Source: Malacoraja senta | Lineage: Eukaryota | Assembly (NCBI GenBank): GCA_038087875.1 | Contig: CM075996.1 | Coordinates: 1,614,001-1,678,000 of the forward strand | Direction: 5' to 3' | DNA: 64,000 nucleotides | Shown here: piece by piece, positions 1 to 10,856 of the stretch | Numbering within the stretch: the stretch's first letter is position 1 | Layout: every line of letters starts with the position of its first letter | Position numbers and translations under genes: made by a program | Notes under the pieces: generated by a model | Told to the model about the DNA's origin: nothing | The model's input: the letters and a program-made list of their open reading frames with translations, nothing else | The model's database searches: none

Positions 1-420
1 AGGAAGGCCTCTCTCTGCTTTTCAACATCTCCAAGGTAACAGAAGACAAAGGTAAATCTGAATTTGAAGGGACGTACACCAATTTAAGGGGGTTTACACT
101 ACTTGGGAAGAGTGAACTGCCTTTATTTTGAGAGAAATGCATCATCTCTGCTGAAGACAACAAAGATGAGGAGACTGAAGTCAAGATGGATTACAGGAGC
201 AATGGAGTTTTTCTACCTTTGTTGACGTTGATATTTAAATAGACAACTTTGACTTCATTCTGTCGCATATCCCCACAAGACTTCCAAGGTACTTATGTGG
301 AAGAGAGTGCAACTGAAATTTTAAGCACCAGTTTTAGTATTTACATAAAAGTTCTGTCATGCAGATGGATGAACACATGAATATTGTAGGCGTCTCATGC
401 ATAGAATGTGGGAAGAAAGC

Positions 421-1198
421 CACAGAGTGCTGGAGTAACTCAGCGGGTCAGGCAGCATCTGTGGAGAACATGGATAGGTGACGTTTCACAGAGTGCTGGA
501 GTAACTCAGCGGGTCAGGCAGCATCTGTGGAGCGAAGGAAATGGGCAACCTTTTGGGCCGAAACCCTGAAGGAAATAGGCAACGTTTCGGGCCGAAACCC
601 GGAAGGGTTTCGGGCCAAAACGTTGCCTATTTCCTTCGCTCCATAGATGCTGCCGGAACATGGATAGGTGACGTTTCACAGGGTGCTGGAGTAACTCAGC
701 GGGTCAGGCAGCATCTGTGGAGAACATGGATAGGTGACGTTTCACAGAGTGCTGGAGTAACTCAGCGGGTCAGGCAGCATCTGTGGAGCGAAGGAAATGG
801 GCAACCTTTCGGGCCGAAACCCTGAAGGAAATAGGCAACGTTTCGGGCCGTAACCCGGAAGGGTTTCGGGCCAAAACGTTGCCTATTTCCTTCGCTCCAT
901 AGATGCTGCCGGAACATGGATAGGTGACGTTTCACAGGGTGCTGGAGTAACTCAGCGGGTCAGGCAGCATCTGTGGAGAACATGGATAGGTGACGTTTCA
1001 CAGCGTGCTAGAGTAACTCAGCGGGTCAGGCAGCATCTGTGGAGAACATGGATAGGTGACGTTTCACAGAGTGCTGGAGTAACTCAGCGGGTCAGGCAGC
1101 ATCTGTGGAGAACATGGATAGGTGACGTTTCACAGGGTGCTGGAGTAACTCAGCGGGTCAGGCAGCATCTGTGGAGAACGTGGATAGGTGATCTTTCG
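421..1198 (-). repeat. Tandem array of a 66-bp unit derived from a Penelope-like terminal repeat, with two embedded fold-back modules
   Basis: The unit CACAGAGTGCTGGAGTAACTCAGCGGGTCAGGCAGCATCTGTGGAGAACATGGATAGGTGACGTTT recurs with 66-bp period (starts 421, 487). Closely related sequence follows the hammerhead core in the Penelope remnants at 33717-33810 and 42307-42400. Confidence 0.85.
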
Positions 1199-1340
1199 GT
1201 TAGGTGACTTCTTTAAATTGATTGTGTTGGGGGGGGGGGTAGAAAGCTGGAAGATAGGTGGGAGCAGGACAAAGTCTGGCGAGTGATAGGTGGACACAGG
1301 TGAGGGGGATTTTGATAGGCAGATGTGGAGACAAATGCCA

Positions 1341-1608
1341 GAGTTTAGATTTGAGATACAATGTGGAAACAAGCTCTTCAGCCCACTGAGTCCAGGCCGA
1401 CCAATAATCGCCTGTTCTACTGTATGTTATCCCAGTTTTGCATCCTACACATTCGGATAAATTTACAAAGGCCAATTCACCTACAGACCCACATGTCTTT
1501 AGAATGTGGGAGGAAACCGGAGCACCCGGAGAAAACTCACAGGGAGAAGATACAAACTGTACAGACAGCACCCGAGGTCAGGATCGAACCTGGGTCTCTG
1601 GCGCTGTA
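1341..1608 (-). mobile_element. HE1/V-SINE-type tRNA-derived SINE, diverged
   Basis: Reverse complement shows B box GGTTCGATCC, V-domain CCGGGTGCTCCGGTTTCCTCCCACA and a LINE-like tail. Confidence 0.8.
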
Positions 1609-2267
1609 CCTGCTCAACTACCTACTGCTGCAGCTTGTTCCGTACACCCGCCACCTTTGAAAAGTTGCCACTCGAGCTCCCATCAAAGCTTACCCCCCTC
1701 TCGACTTAAACAACTTACAAAAACATAACTGAAGTTTAAAAAATAAAATGTAGTAATTAAATTAGACGGCCAGGTCCTGAAGCAACATAAGCAGTTTATG
1801 GGAGGATGATCCGCTGTGGACACCAGGAAGAAGGAACTTTATGTATTTTGGTGTGGCACCCCTTTGTCTACAGAGCCAGCACTGGTACCATTATTCCCAC
1901 CACTGACGTTAAGCCGACTTGTCTATAATTCCTTGGACATCTTGTATCCTCCTTCTTAAACACAGCTATGTTATGTTTACCCCCTTCTTATCTTAGCTAC
2001 TCACCTTTCCTTCTGCACCTTAGCTTCTTACTAATGAATTAAAAATTGTTTACGGGGAGCAGTGGCTCTGCTATCTATGTCATGGATTATTTTAAAAAGT
2101 AATCCTCCCGGATCAGAGATTTATTTACCGTGTCTTTGTTTTATAGTTTTAGAGCTATAGCGTGGTGCTTTTTGGCCCTTCGGCCCAACGAGTCTGTACC
2201 GACCAGCCGTCACCCCATACACTAGCACTATCCTACACAACAGGGACAATCTACAACTTACAGAAAA

Positions 2268-2351
2268 CATGTGTGTTTGTGTGCAGGTAAGGGTGCATAT
2301 ACATGTGTGTGTGTGTGGATGTGTGTGTGTGTGTGGATGTGTGTGTGTGGA

Positions 2352-2432
<81 letters not shown>

Positions 2433-2660
2433 GTGTGTGTGTGTGGATGTGTGTGTGTGTGTGTATGTGTGTGTGTGTGTAGGTGTATGTGTGTGGATAT
2501 GTGTGTGTATGTGTGTGTGTGTGTATGTGTGTGTGTGTGTGTATGTGTATGTGTGTGTATGTGTATGTGTGTGTGTATGTGTGTGTGTATGTGTATGTGT
2601 GTGTGTGGATGTGTGTGTGTGTGTGTGTGTGTGTGGATGTGTGTGTGTGTGTGGATGTGT

Positions 2661-2716
<56 letters not shown>

Positions 2717-2728
2717 CTGTGTGTGTGT
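2268..2728. repeat. Imperfect (TG)n microsatellite
   Basis: Directly visible, with TA/GA interruptions. Confidence 0.97.
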
Positions 2729-3200
2729 CCCCCACCCTAACCACCCGCCCCCACTTCAAGGTGACCACCTCCTTTTTGCAAACCAACTTTTTATTGCTCC
2801 AGCGACTTGACTAATTATTGACAACTGCTTTGCAATGAGGGGAGATCTGACCGCCCTTGTGAGCAGTGTTCCCCGGCTGCCCGTGGCCCCACACGCATAC
2901 ACACAAACACACACACACACACACACAAATACATTCCTGGTGTGATTCCCCAATATCATTATTTTACAATTGTAATTAATCCCTGTCTTCGCTCATCAGC
3001 GCTAATTAATTATGCATTCGCACCGTCCACGAGCCCCAGTCAAAAGGCTGTTTCTGCAATGGATATTCTTTGTAATGTGGTTCTTCCTAACTAACCTGAG
3101 GGGTTCCTGTCAAACCTCATGTGAGAAATCTGACCAGTGATATGGATGGCAGAGACAGAGACAGAGGTTAATCGGCTTGGTAACATTGTAAATTGTCCCT

Positions 3201-3201
<1 letters not shown>

Positions 3202-3234
<33 letters not shown>

Positions 3235-4561
3235 AGTGTGTGTGTGCCTGAATGTGTGTGTCTGTGTCTGAGTGTGTGTAGGTGTGTCTGAGTGTGTGTG
3301 TGTGTCTGAGTGTGTGTGTGTGTGTGTCTGAGTGTGTGTGTGTGTCAGTGTATGTGTGTGTCTGAGTGTGTGTGTGGCTGAGTGTGTGTGTGTCTGAGTG
3401 TGTGTGTGTGTGTGTGAGTGTGTGTGTGTCTGAGTGTGTGTGTGTGTGTGTGTCTGAGTGTGTGTGTGTGTGTCTGAGTGTATGTGTGTGTCTGAGTGTG
3501 TGTGTGTCAGTGTGTGTGTGTGTGTGTCTGAGTGTGTGTGTGTCTGAGTGTGTGTATCTGTGTCTGAGTGTGTGTGTGTCTGAGTGTGTGTGTGTCTGAG
3601 TGTGTGTGTCTGAGTGTGTGTGTGTCTGAGTGTGTGTGTCTGTGTCTGAGTGTGTGTGTGTGCCTGAATGTGTGTCTGAGTGTGTGTGTGTCTGAGTGTA
3701 TGTGTGTGTCTGAGTGTGTGTGTGTCTGAGTGTGTGTGTGTGTCTGAGTGTGTGTGTGTCTGAGTGTGTGTGTGTGTGTCTGAGTGTGTGTGTGTGTCTG
3801 AGTGTGTGTGTGTGTGCCTGAATGTGTGTGTCTGAGTGTGTGTGTGTGTCTGAGTGTGTGTGTGTCTGAGTGTGTGTGTGTGTGTCTGAGTGTGTGTGTG
3901 TCTGAGTGTGTGTGTGTGTGTGTCTGAGTGTGTGTGTGTGTCTGAGTGTGTGTATCTGAGTGTGTGTGTCTGAGTGTGTGTGTGTGTGTGTCTGAGTGTG
4001 TGTGTGTGTGTGTCTGAGTGTGTGTGTGTGTGTGTCTGAGTGTGTGTATCTGAGTGTGTGTGTCTGAGTGTGTGTGTGTGTCTGAGTGTGTGTCTGAGTG
4101 TGTGTATGAGTGTGCGTGTGTGTCTGAGTGTGTGTGTGTGTGTGTCTGACTGTGTGTGTGTGTGTGTCTGAGTGTGTGTATCTGAGTGTGTGTGTGTGTG
4201 TGTGTCTGAGTGTGTGTGTGTGTGTGTCTGAGTGTGTGTATCTGAGTGTGTGTCTGAGTGTGTGTGTGTGTCTGAGTGTGTGTCTGAGTGTGTGTATGAG
4301 TGTGCGTGTGTGTCTGAGTGTGTGTGTGTCTGACTGTGTGTGTGTGTGTCTGAGTGTGTGTATCTGAGTGTGTGTGTGTGTCTCCCACTCCCTCTATATA
4401 CACACACACACACACACACATATAATGTATACATATATATATTATATATATTATAATATATATTACACATATATTATATGGTGTGTGTGTCTGAGTGTGT
4501 GTCTGAGTGTGTGTATGAGTGTGTGTGTGTCTGAGTGTGTGTGTGTGTCTCCCACTCCCTC

Positions 4562-4593
<32 letters not shown>

Positions 4594-4650
4594 TATAATG
4601 TATACATATATATATTATATATATTATTAATATACAGTATATATTCATAT
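3202..4650. repeat. Compound (TG)n / TCTGAG(TG)n array followed by duplicated (CA)n(TA)n blocks
   Basis: Directly visible. The block CTCCCACTCCCTCTATATA(CA)n TATAATGTATAC occurs twice (~4382 and ~4549). Confidence 0.95.
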
Positions 4651-4663
4651 ATTTTTATATGGT

Positions 4664-4890
4664 TGCTGTCTGTACGGAGTTTGCACGTTCTCCCCATGAC
4701 CTGCGTGGGTTTTCTCCAGGTGCTCCTGTTTCTTCCCACACTCCAAAGACGTACAGGTTTGTCGGTTAATTGGCTTGGTAACATTGTAAGTTGTCCCTCG
4801 TGTGTGTAGGATAGTGTTAGTGTACAGGGACTACTGGCCGGCACGGTCTCAGTGGGCCGAAGGGCCTGTTTCCACGCTGTATCTCTAAAG
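4664..4890 (+). mobile_element. HE1/V-SINE-type SINE lacking its tRNA head
   Basis: V domain GTCTGTACGGAGTTTGCACGTTCTCCCC and tail GGGCCGAAGGGCCTGTTTCCACGCTGTATCTCTAAA. Confidence 0.85.
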
Positions 4891-5637
4891 TAGACAAAAC
4901 TAATATCAAACCCCCAGAAGCAACATTGGCTGGAATCTGATTGAGAGCTGCAATGAGGTTTACAAATGGAGTTACATGCTGGAATCTGCATGTTTATGTA
5001 GGTTATGTCTGTAGGAAAGGTTACCTGAGTTACTGGCAGAATCCCAATGAGGTTTATGTGAGGAATATTAGATGCTTGGTGTAAGTTAAAGGCTGGAATC
5101 TAAGTATGGGAATGGGCAAGTATATATAGAATAAATGATATCGGTTATGAGTTTTGGCTGAAATCTAATCTCAAGCGAACCCAGGTACAGAATCACAGCT
5201 TGGAATCTAATGAAGGAGTGCATGCCTCAGGGAGAGTTAGAGTCGTACAACTGTACAGCACAGATGAAGGCCCTTCGGCCCAACCCATCCATGCCGGCCA
5301 ATGGTGCCCCATCTCAGCTAGTACCATGTGCCCATATTTGGCCCCTGTCCCTCTAAATCTTTCTTATGTACTTGTCTAAATGTCTTTTGAATGTTGTTAT
5401 AGTACCTGCCTCAACTACCTCCTCAGGCAGCTCGTTCCATATACCTACCACCCCTTGTGTGAAAAAGTTACCTCTCAGGCTAGAACATAGAGCAGTACAG
5501 CACAGGATCAGGCCATTCGGCCCACAACGTCTGTGTTGAACATGATGCCAAGAGCAACTCTGCTCATACCTGCTCATAATCTAAAAGCCTATATTTCTTG
5601 CATATCCATGTGCCCATCCAAAAGTCTCCTAGACACA

Positions 5638-5905
5638 GGGGCGGCACGGTGGCGCAGCGGTAGAGTTGCAGCCTCAGAGCACCAGAGACCCGGGTTCGAT
5701 CCTGACTACGGGCTCTGTCTGTACGGAGTTTGTACTTTCTCCTTGAGACCGTGTGGGTTTACTCCGGGTGCTCCGGTTTCCTCCCACACTCCAAAGACGT
5801 ACAGGTTTGTCGGTTAATTGGCGTTGGTAACATTGTAAGTTGTCCCTCGTGTGTGTAGGATAGCGCTAGTGTTCGGGGTGAACGCTGGTCGGCGCGGAAT
5901 CGGAC
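5638..5905 (+). mobile_element. HE1/V-SINE-type SINE, 3' truncated
   Basis: A box TGGCGCAGCGG, B box GGTTCGATCC, V domain. Confidence 0.88.
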
Positions 5906-6513
5906 TCTTCTTCCTCTGTCCCCTGCATATCCATGTACTGATCTAATATCATTGCTACTCTCTGTGTGACGGGGTCAGCTCCTGGTTTTATACCTGTCCC
6001 ATTTCATCACATCACCTCACGTTGGCAGCCTAAACCTATCTCTTTGTACACAATGACATCCAGCAACTCATTCTCGAGAGTCCTGCAATACGTGACTCAA
6101 AGCTCCAGAGCTCAGACTGAATACCGTCCAGCCTGGTACAACAACTTGAATTAATATAGTGTTGCTAACTTAGTAAAACATCACTTGCCATGTCACAAGA
6201 TCTATTGTCAAGCAACTTAAGACCCTGAGGCACTGAAGGAGGTGTCATAGGAGTCAAACTAAATCTTGGTTAAAAAAAGTATGATCAACTTAACGCAGGA
6301 AAGATAAATGCTCAGGAAGGTAAATTTTCTTTTGAATTGCTTGTTTCATAAGGCAGGTAACAAAGTTAGAGCTGGTAAACAATTATTTGTGTTGACGAGT
6401 TAGTGGTGACAGTGAAGACAACCGCAGATGCTGGAAACAAACCTGAAATTAAAACAGGAATGGGTTGAAAAACCCAACAGGGCAGCATAGTGGCGCAGCG
6501 GTAGAGTTGCTGC

Positions 6514-6652
6514 CTTCTTCTTCTTTCGTGTGGCGTGCACAGCCTAAAGTTGTTGGACAACTTGTTCTATTTGATCTTCCGTTTGTGCACGTCGAGTTGA
6601 TTGCATTAGTCGAAACAGGGCGGACCTCGTGAAGGTTGCAATCTTCCACCCC
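6514..6652 (-). mobile_element. Short non-autonomous Vingi/Ingi-type retroelement (5' HDV-like ribozyme plus 3' CACACGAAAGAAGAAGAAG tail)
   Basis: Discrete insertion in a SINE. Its tail resembles the CATTCGCAAGAAGAAG tail of the Vingi-type LINE end at 31257-31586, and its 5' end coincides with ribozyme G1. Confidence 0.7.
6599..6652 (-). ncRNA. Minimal HDV-like self-cleaving ribozyme (predicted)
   Basis: Minus strand: P1 GGGGUGG/CCGCCCU (G1-U wobble), J1/2 AA, P2 GAUUGCA/UGCAAUC, P3 ACC/GGU, L3 UUCACGA, P1.1 G, vestigial P4 U-UUCG-A, J4/2 CUAA with the putative catalytic C at 6609. Confidence 0.8.
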
Positions 6653-7049
6653 CAGTCACTGGAGACCTGGGTTCTATCCTGACTACGGGTGCTGCCTGTA
6701 CCTTCTCCCCGTGACTGCGTGGGTTTTCTCAGGGATCTTCGGTTTCCTCCCACACTCCAATCACGTGCAGGTTTGTAGGTTAATTGGCTTGGGTTCGTAT
6801 ACTTGGTATAAGTGTAAATTGTCCCTAGTGTGTGTAGGCTCGTGTTAATGCGCGGGGATCGCTGGTCGGTGCGGACTCGGTGGGCCGAAGGGCCTGTTTC
6901 CGCGCTGTAGCTCTAAACTAAACTAAACTAAAAGGTCAGGCACCATCGGTGGAGAGAGATACAGAGTTAATGTTTCAGGAGGGGGACCCTTTATCTCAAA
7001 ATAGAAACAAAATGCTGGAGTAACTCAGCATCTCTGGAGAGAAGGAATG

Positions 7050-7083
7050 GGTGACGTTTCGAGTCGAGACCCTTCTTCAGACT
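7050..7083 (-). ncRNA. Minimal type I hammerhead ribozyme core in a Penelope-derived repeat
   Basis: Minus strand AGU CUGAAGA A GGGUC-UC-GACUC GAAA CGUC AC. Confidence 0.65.
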
Positions 7084-7334
7084 GGTTGGCTCTGTTTAAT
7101 TTTCCATAGATGCTGCCTGACCTCCTGAGTATTTCCAGCATTTTTTTCTTAATGGAAGAGAATGGGAAGAGGAGTAATCGCAGTGGCTGGTCCAAGAATG
7201 CATCAAATATTATGCCTCATGGTGGTTACATTCATATTTTATTTGTTTGTTATTGTCATGTGTAGCAAGATCCAGTTGGGCTGAGGGGCCTGTATCCGTG
7301 CTGCGTGACTCTACGAGTCTATGGTGCTCAGTCC

Positions 7335-8046
7335 CGGTGTCATGGTACCCCAGTCATTGAAAGTAGGCATGCAGGTGCAGCAGGCAGTGAAGAAAGCGAA
7401 TGGTATGTTAGCATTCATAGCAAAAGGATTTGAGTATAAGAGCAGAAAGGTTCTGCTGCAGTTGTACAGGGTCTTGGTGAGACCACACCTGGAGTATTGC
7501 GTACAGTTTTGGTCTCCTAATCTGAGGAAAGACATTCTTGCCATAGAGGGAGTACAGAGAAGGTTCACCAGACTGATTCCTGGGATGGCAGGGCTTTCAT
7601 ATGAGGAAAGACTGGATAGACTCGGCTTGTACACGCTAGAATTTAGAAGATTGAGGGGGGATCTTATAGTAACTTACAAAATTCTTAAGGGGTTGGACAG
7701 GCTAGATGCAGGAAGATTGTTCCCGATGTTTGGGAAGTCCAGAACAAGGTGTCACAGTTTAAGGATAAAGGGGAAATCTTTTAGGACTGAGATGAGAAAA
7801 ACATTTTTTACACAGAGAGTGGTGAATCTCTGGAATTCTCTGCCACAGAATGTAGTTGAGGCCAGTTCATTGGCTATATTTAAGATGGAGTTAGATGTGG
7901 CCCTTGTGGCTAAAGGGATCAGGGGGTATGGAGAGAAAGCAGGTACAGGATACTGAGTTGGATGATCAGCCATGATCATATTGAATGGCGGCGCAGGCTC
8001 GAAGGGCCGAATGACCTACTCCTGCACCTATTTTCTATGTTTCTAT
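7335..8046 (+). mobile_element. CR1-clade (HER1-like) LINE, 5'-truncated: ORF2 C-terminus and 3' UTR
   Basis: ORF 7321-7956 contains LYRVLVRPHLEYCVQFWSP, LGLYTLEFRRLRGDLI and FFTQRVVNLWNSLP. The tail ends in (TTCTATGT)-type repeats. Confidence 0.95.
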
Positions 8047-8489
8047 AAAGCCCAGGAAACTGTTGTCACAGACCTCTCAAGATGATGGATGGCTCGCCGC
8101 GCCTTGCTGTCAGGCGGGATGTCACCGTCACGCACCTTCTGTGAACTAGGCAACGTCAACGAGGACCTCTGGCCCACAAAACCAGGTCCCTCAGCTCCGC
8201 TCAGAATAAGGCAATCTCCCACTGAAGTCTCATTAGGAAAGCCACTCTGTTATTAATTATGGACAGAGCTGCGGCGTGAACTCTTGTCACCTGAATCCTC
8301 ATTCAGAGGAGGTTTCATATCTTGACATCCAAAATCCACAATTAGAAAAACTATTAACTGACTGCTGCAGAAAAAAATAAATAATGGAGAGGGAAGAGAC
8401 TGTAGAAGCTGGAATCTCGACCCAAAAAGGAAACTGCTCGTTGAACCCAGCGGTTTAAAGGTGATATAAACTTGTATATAAATCTTGTA

Positions 8490-8665
8490 TATAGACAATA
8501 GACAATCGGTGCAGGAGTAGGCCATTCGGCCCTTCGAGCCAGCACCGCCATTCAATGTGATCATGGCTGATCATCCCCAATCAGTACCCCGTTCCTGCCT
8601 TCTCCCCATATCCCCCTGACTCCGCTATTTTTAAGAGCCCTATCTAGCTCTCTCTTGAAAGCATA
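8490..8665 (-). mobile_element. CR1 LINE 3' end
   Basis: Reverse complement of the CR1 3' UTR with a (CTATTGT)n tail. Confidence 0.85.
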
Positions 8666-8702
8666 TAAAATTACAGGAGGCATCGTTTTTAGTTTAGAGA
8701 TA

Positions 8703-9309
8703 ATTTGATTTGATTTGATTTTTACTTTATTAATCCCCTTATTCAGGGGAAATTCTGATGTCCTTGCAGCACACCAATAAAAATACAACATAGCATTAAG
8801 AAGTTTAACATTAAACATAAAAACATCCCCCCACAATGGTTCCCACTGTGGGGGAAGGCACAAAGCCCAGTCCCCATCCCCATGTCCACCCATAGTCAGG
8901 CCTATTGAGGCCTCCACAGTCGCCACTACGGAGGCTCGATGTTCATGGCCGTTCTCGCCGGGTGATGATACTCCGGCGTCGGGAGAACCCTCTCAGCGGC
9001 TTGGGGTGCCAGGAACGGCCGCCTTCTTACCGGAGACCGCGGCTTCCAAGCCAACAGGCCGCTCTGGACGGAGCTGCACATACTGGCGATCTCGGCGAGA
9101 GATCCCAGGCTCCGCGATGTTAAAGTCAGCGCCGCCGCCCGCAGCTGGCCGCTCCACAGACCCGCGATGTTTCTATCGGCGGTCCCCGCAGCTGGCCGCT
9201 CCACAGACCCGCGATGTTTCTACCGGCGGTCCCCGCAGCTGGCCGCTCCACAGACCCGCGATGTTTCTATCGGCGGTCCCCGCAGCTGGCCGCTCCACAG
9301 ACCCGCGAT
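8703..9309 (-). mobile_element. GC-rich non-coding retroelement with LINE-type 3' end and internal 47-bp tandem repeat
   Basis: Minus strand ends in hairpin TCCCCT-GAATA-AGGGGA, AATAAA and (ATCAA)n. The unit CCCGCAGCTGGCCGCTCCACAGACCCGCGATGTTTCTATCGGCGGTC occurs about 3.6 times at 9138-9309. Confidence 0.6.
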
Positions 9310-9570
9310 ACATAGATACATAGATACATAGATACATAGAAATTAGGTGCAGGAGTAGGCCATTCGGCCCTTCGAGCCTGCACCGCCATTCAATACGATC
9401 ATGGCTGATCATCCAACTCAGTATCCCGTACCTGCCTTCTCTCCATACCCCCTGATCCCTTTAGCCACAAGGGCCACATCTAATTCCCTCTTAAATATAG
9501 CCAATGAACTGGCCTCAACTACCCTCTGTGGCAGAGAGTTCCAGAGATTCACCACTCTCTGTGTGAAAAA
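9310..9570 (-). mobile_element. CR1 LINE 3' end with (CTATGTAT)n tail
   Basis: Near-identical to the reverse complement of 7800-8030. Confidence 0.9.
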
Positions 9571-9574
9571 GAGT

Positions 9575-10297
9575 GGATACAGAGTGGAAACAGGTCCTTC
9601 GGCCCACCGAGTCCGCTCAGATCAGCGATCCCCATATATTAACACTACCGTGCATACACTAGGGACGATTTTACATTTAAAATTTAAAAAAAAATTATAA
9701 TATTTTTATTAGAGGCAGGTACATATCATATTGAAAACATTTCATGTATATCATTCCTACATTACTAATATTATCGATTGATATTAACTCTGCTTCTAGT
9801 ATTTTTTTTTTATATAGATAGAAAATAAGAGAATAAATGAATGGGAAGAAAAGGAATGATAAGGAAGAATGGAGTAAATTTACTAAAAGTACAACATTGG
9901 AGATATATTCGTACATTTTAAAATATAACTTTTCATCTAATCCTTAATTCGAGTTTCGATTTTACATTTATTACCAAGCGAATTAACCTACAAACCTGCA
10001 CGTGTTTGGAGTGTGGGAGGAAACTGAAGATCCCAGGCAGGTCTCGGGGAGAACGTACAAACTCCGTACAGACAGCACCCGTAGTCGGGATCGAACCTGG
10101 GTCTCTGGCGCTGTGAGGCAGTAGTTCTACCCGCTACACCACCGTGCCGCCAAAATAGACAGGGGGACAGTCTCCAAAACCCACACGGTCACAGGGTGAA
10201 TGAATAAACTCCATTCAGACAGCACCCATAGTCAGGATCGAACCCGGGTCTCTGGCGCTGTGAGGCAGCAACTCTACCGCTGCGCCACCGTGCCGCC
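9575..10297 (-). mobile_element. HE1/V-SINE-type SINE interrupted by an AT-rich insert (~9680-9960), plus a second SINE head
   Basis: Tail at 9575-9675, body and head at 9960-10150, second head at 10175-10297. Confidence 0.75.
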
Positions 10298-10615
10298 AAT
10301 GTGGCGTTCTGTCTTCTTGAATTGCTGATGAAGCAACACTCAGCAACGCTGCTGGGTCGGAGTTGGAGAATTTGGAGCCAGTGACCATGGAGCTACGGTG
10401 ATGAATTTCCATATCCTAGTGGGGTGCAGTATTGAGGTGAATTCCCAGATGGCATTGTGTTCAGCAAAAACATTGTGGGCTGAATGGCCTGTTCCTGTGC
10501 TGTACTGTTCTATGTTGTAACCCCTGAGACTCCCCTGCTTGATGGTTGACCACCCATCAAGTCCCAGGGAAGGTGACCGAGTAATTTGGATCAATGCGTC
10601 TCTCTCCTTCTCCAG

Positions 10616-10856
10616 AAACCCGTGTGGTTGCCGGGGTCACTGGTGGTAGTTGGAGGTCAGGCGTCGTTGGCCCCAGGACGTTGCTGCAGGAGGTCCTCAT
10701 GGAGGTGCCAGAGGCCCAGCCATCTGCTGCCACGTCACCCATGACCCGAGGGTGGCAGGGGGTGGAGATGAATGTTGACGTCTGCACAATGTCCATCTGC
10801 AACTCCTCAGGCACGCAGCACGACCTCGATGACACTCACACACGGGTGGTGAGGTG
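10616..10856 (+). other. Candidate exon (unique sequence, open frame)
   Basis: Acceptor TCTCTCCTTCTCCAG| and donor |GTGAGT flank 241 bp that are open in the frame of ORF 10594-10860. No protein was recognised. Confidence 0.3.

Larger units (their letters stand above)
6480..6932 (+). mobile_element. HE1/V-SINE-type SINE interrupted between its A and B boxes by a ~139-bp insertion
   Basis: Head TGGCGCAGCGGTAGAGTTGCTGCCTT, insertion, then GAGACCTGGGTTCTATCC, V domain and (CTAAA)n tail. Confidence 0.88.

Noticed and set aside
1..131. Open frame EGLSLLFNISKVTEDKG... with possible donors at 36 and 289
   Set aside because: Cut by the window edge, no recognisable protein, cannot be supported.
5638..5710. 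tRNA gene-like A/B boxes
   Set aside because: SINE heads followed by V domain and LINE tail, not stand-alone tRNAs.
7321..7956. 211-aa ORF as a host gene
   Set aside because: C-terminal part of CR1 ORF2 in a 5'-truncated copy.
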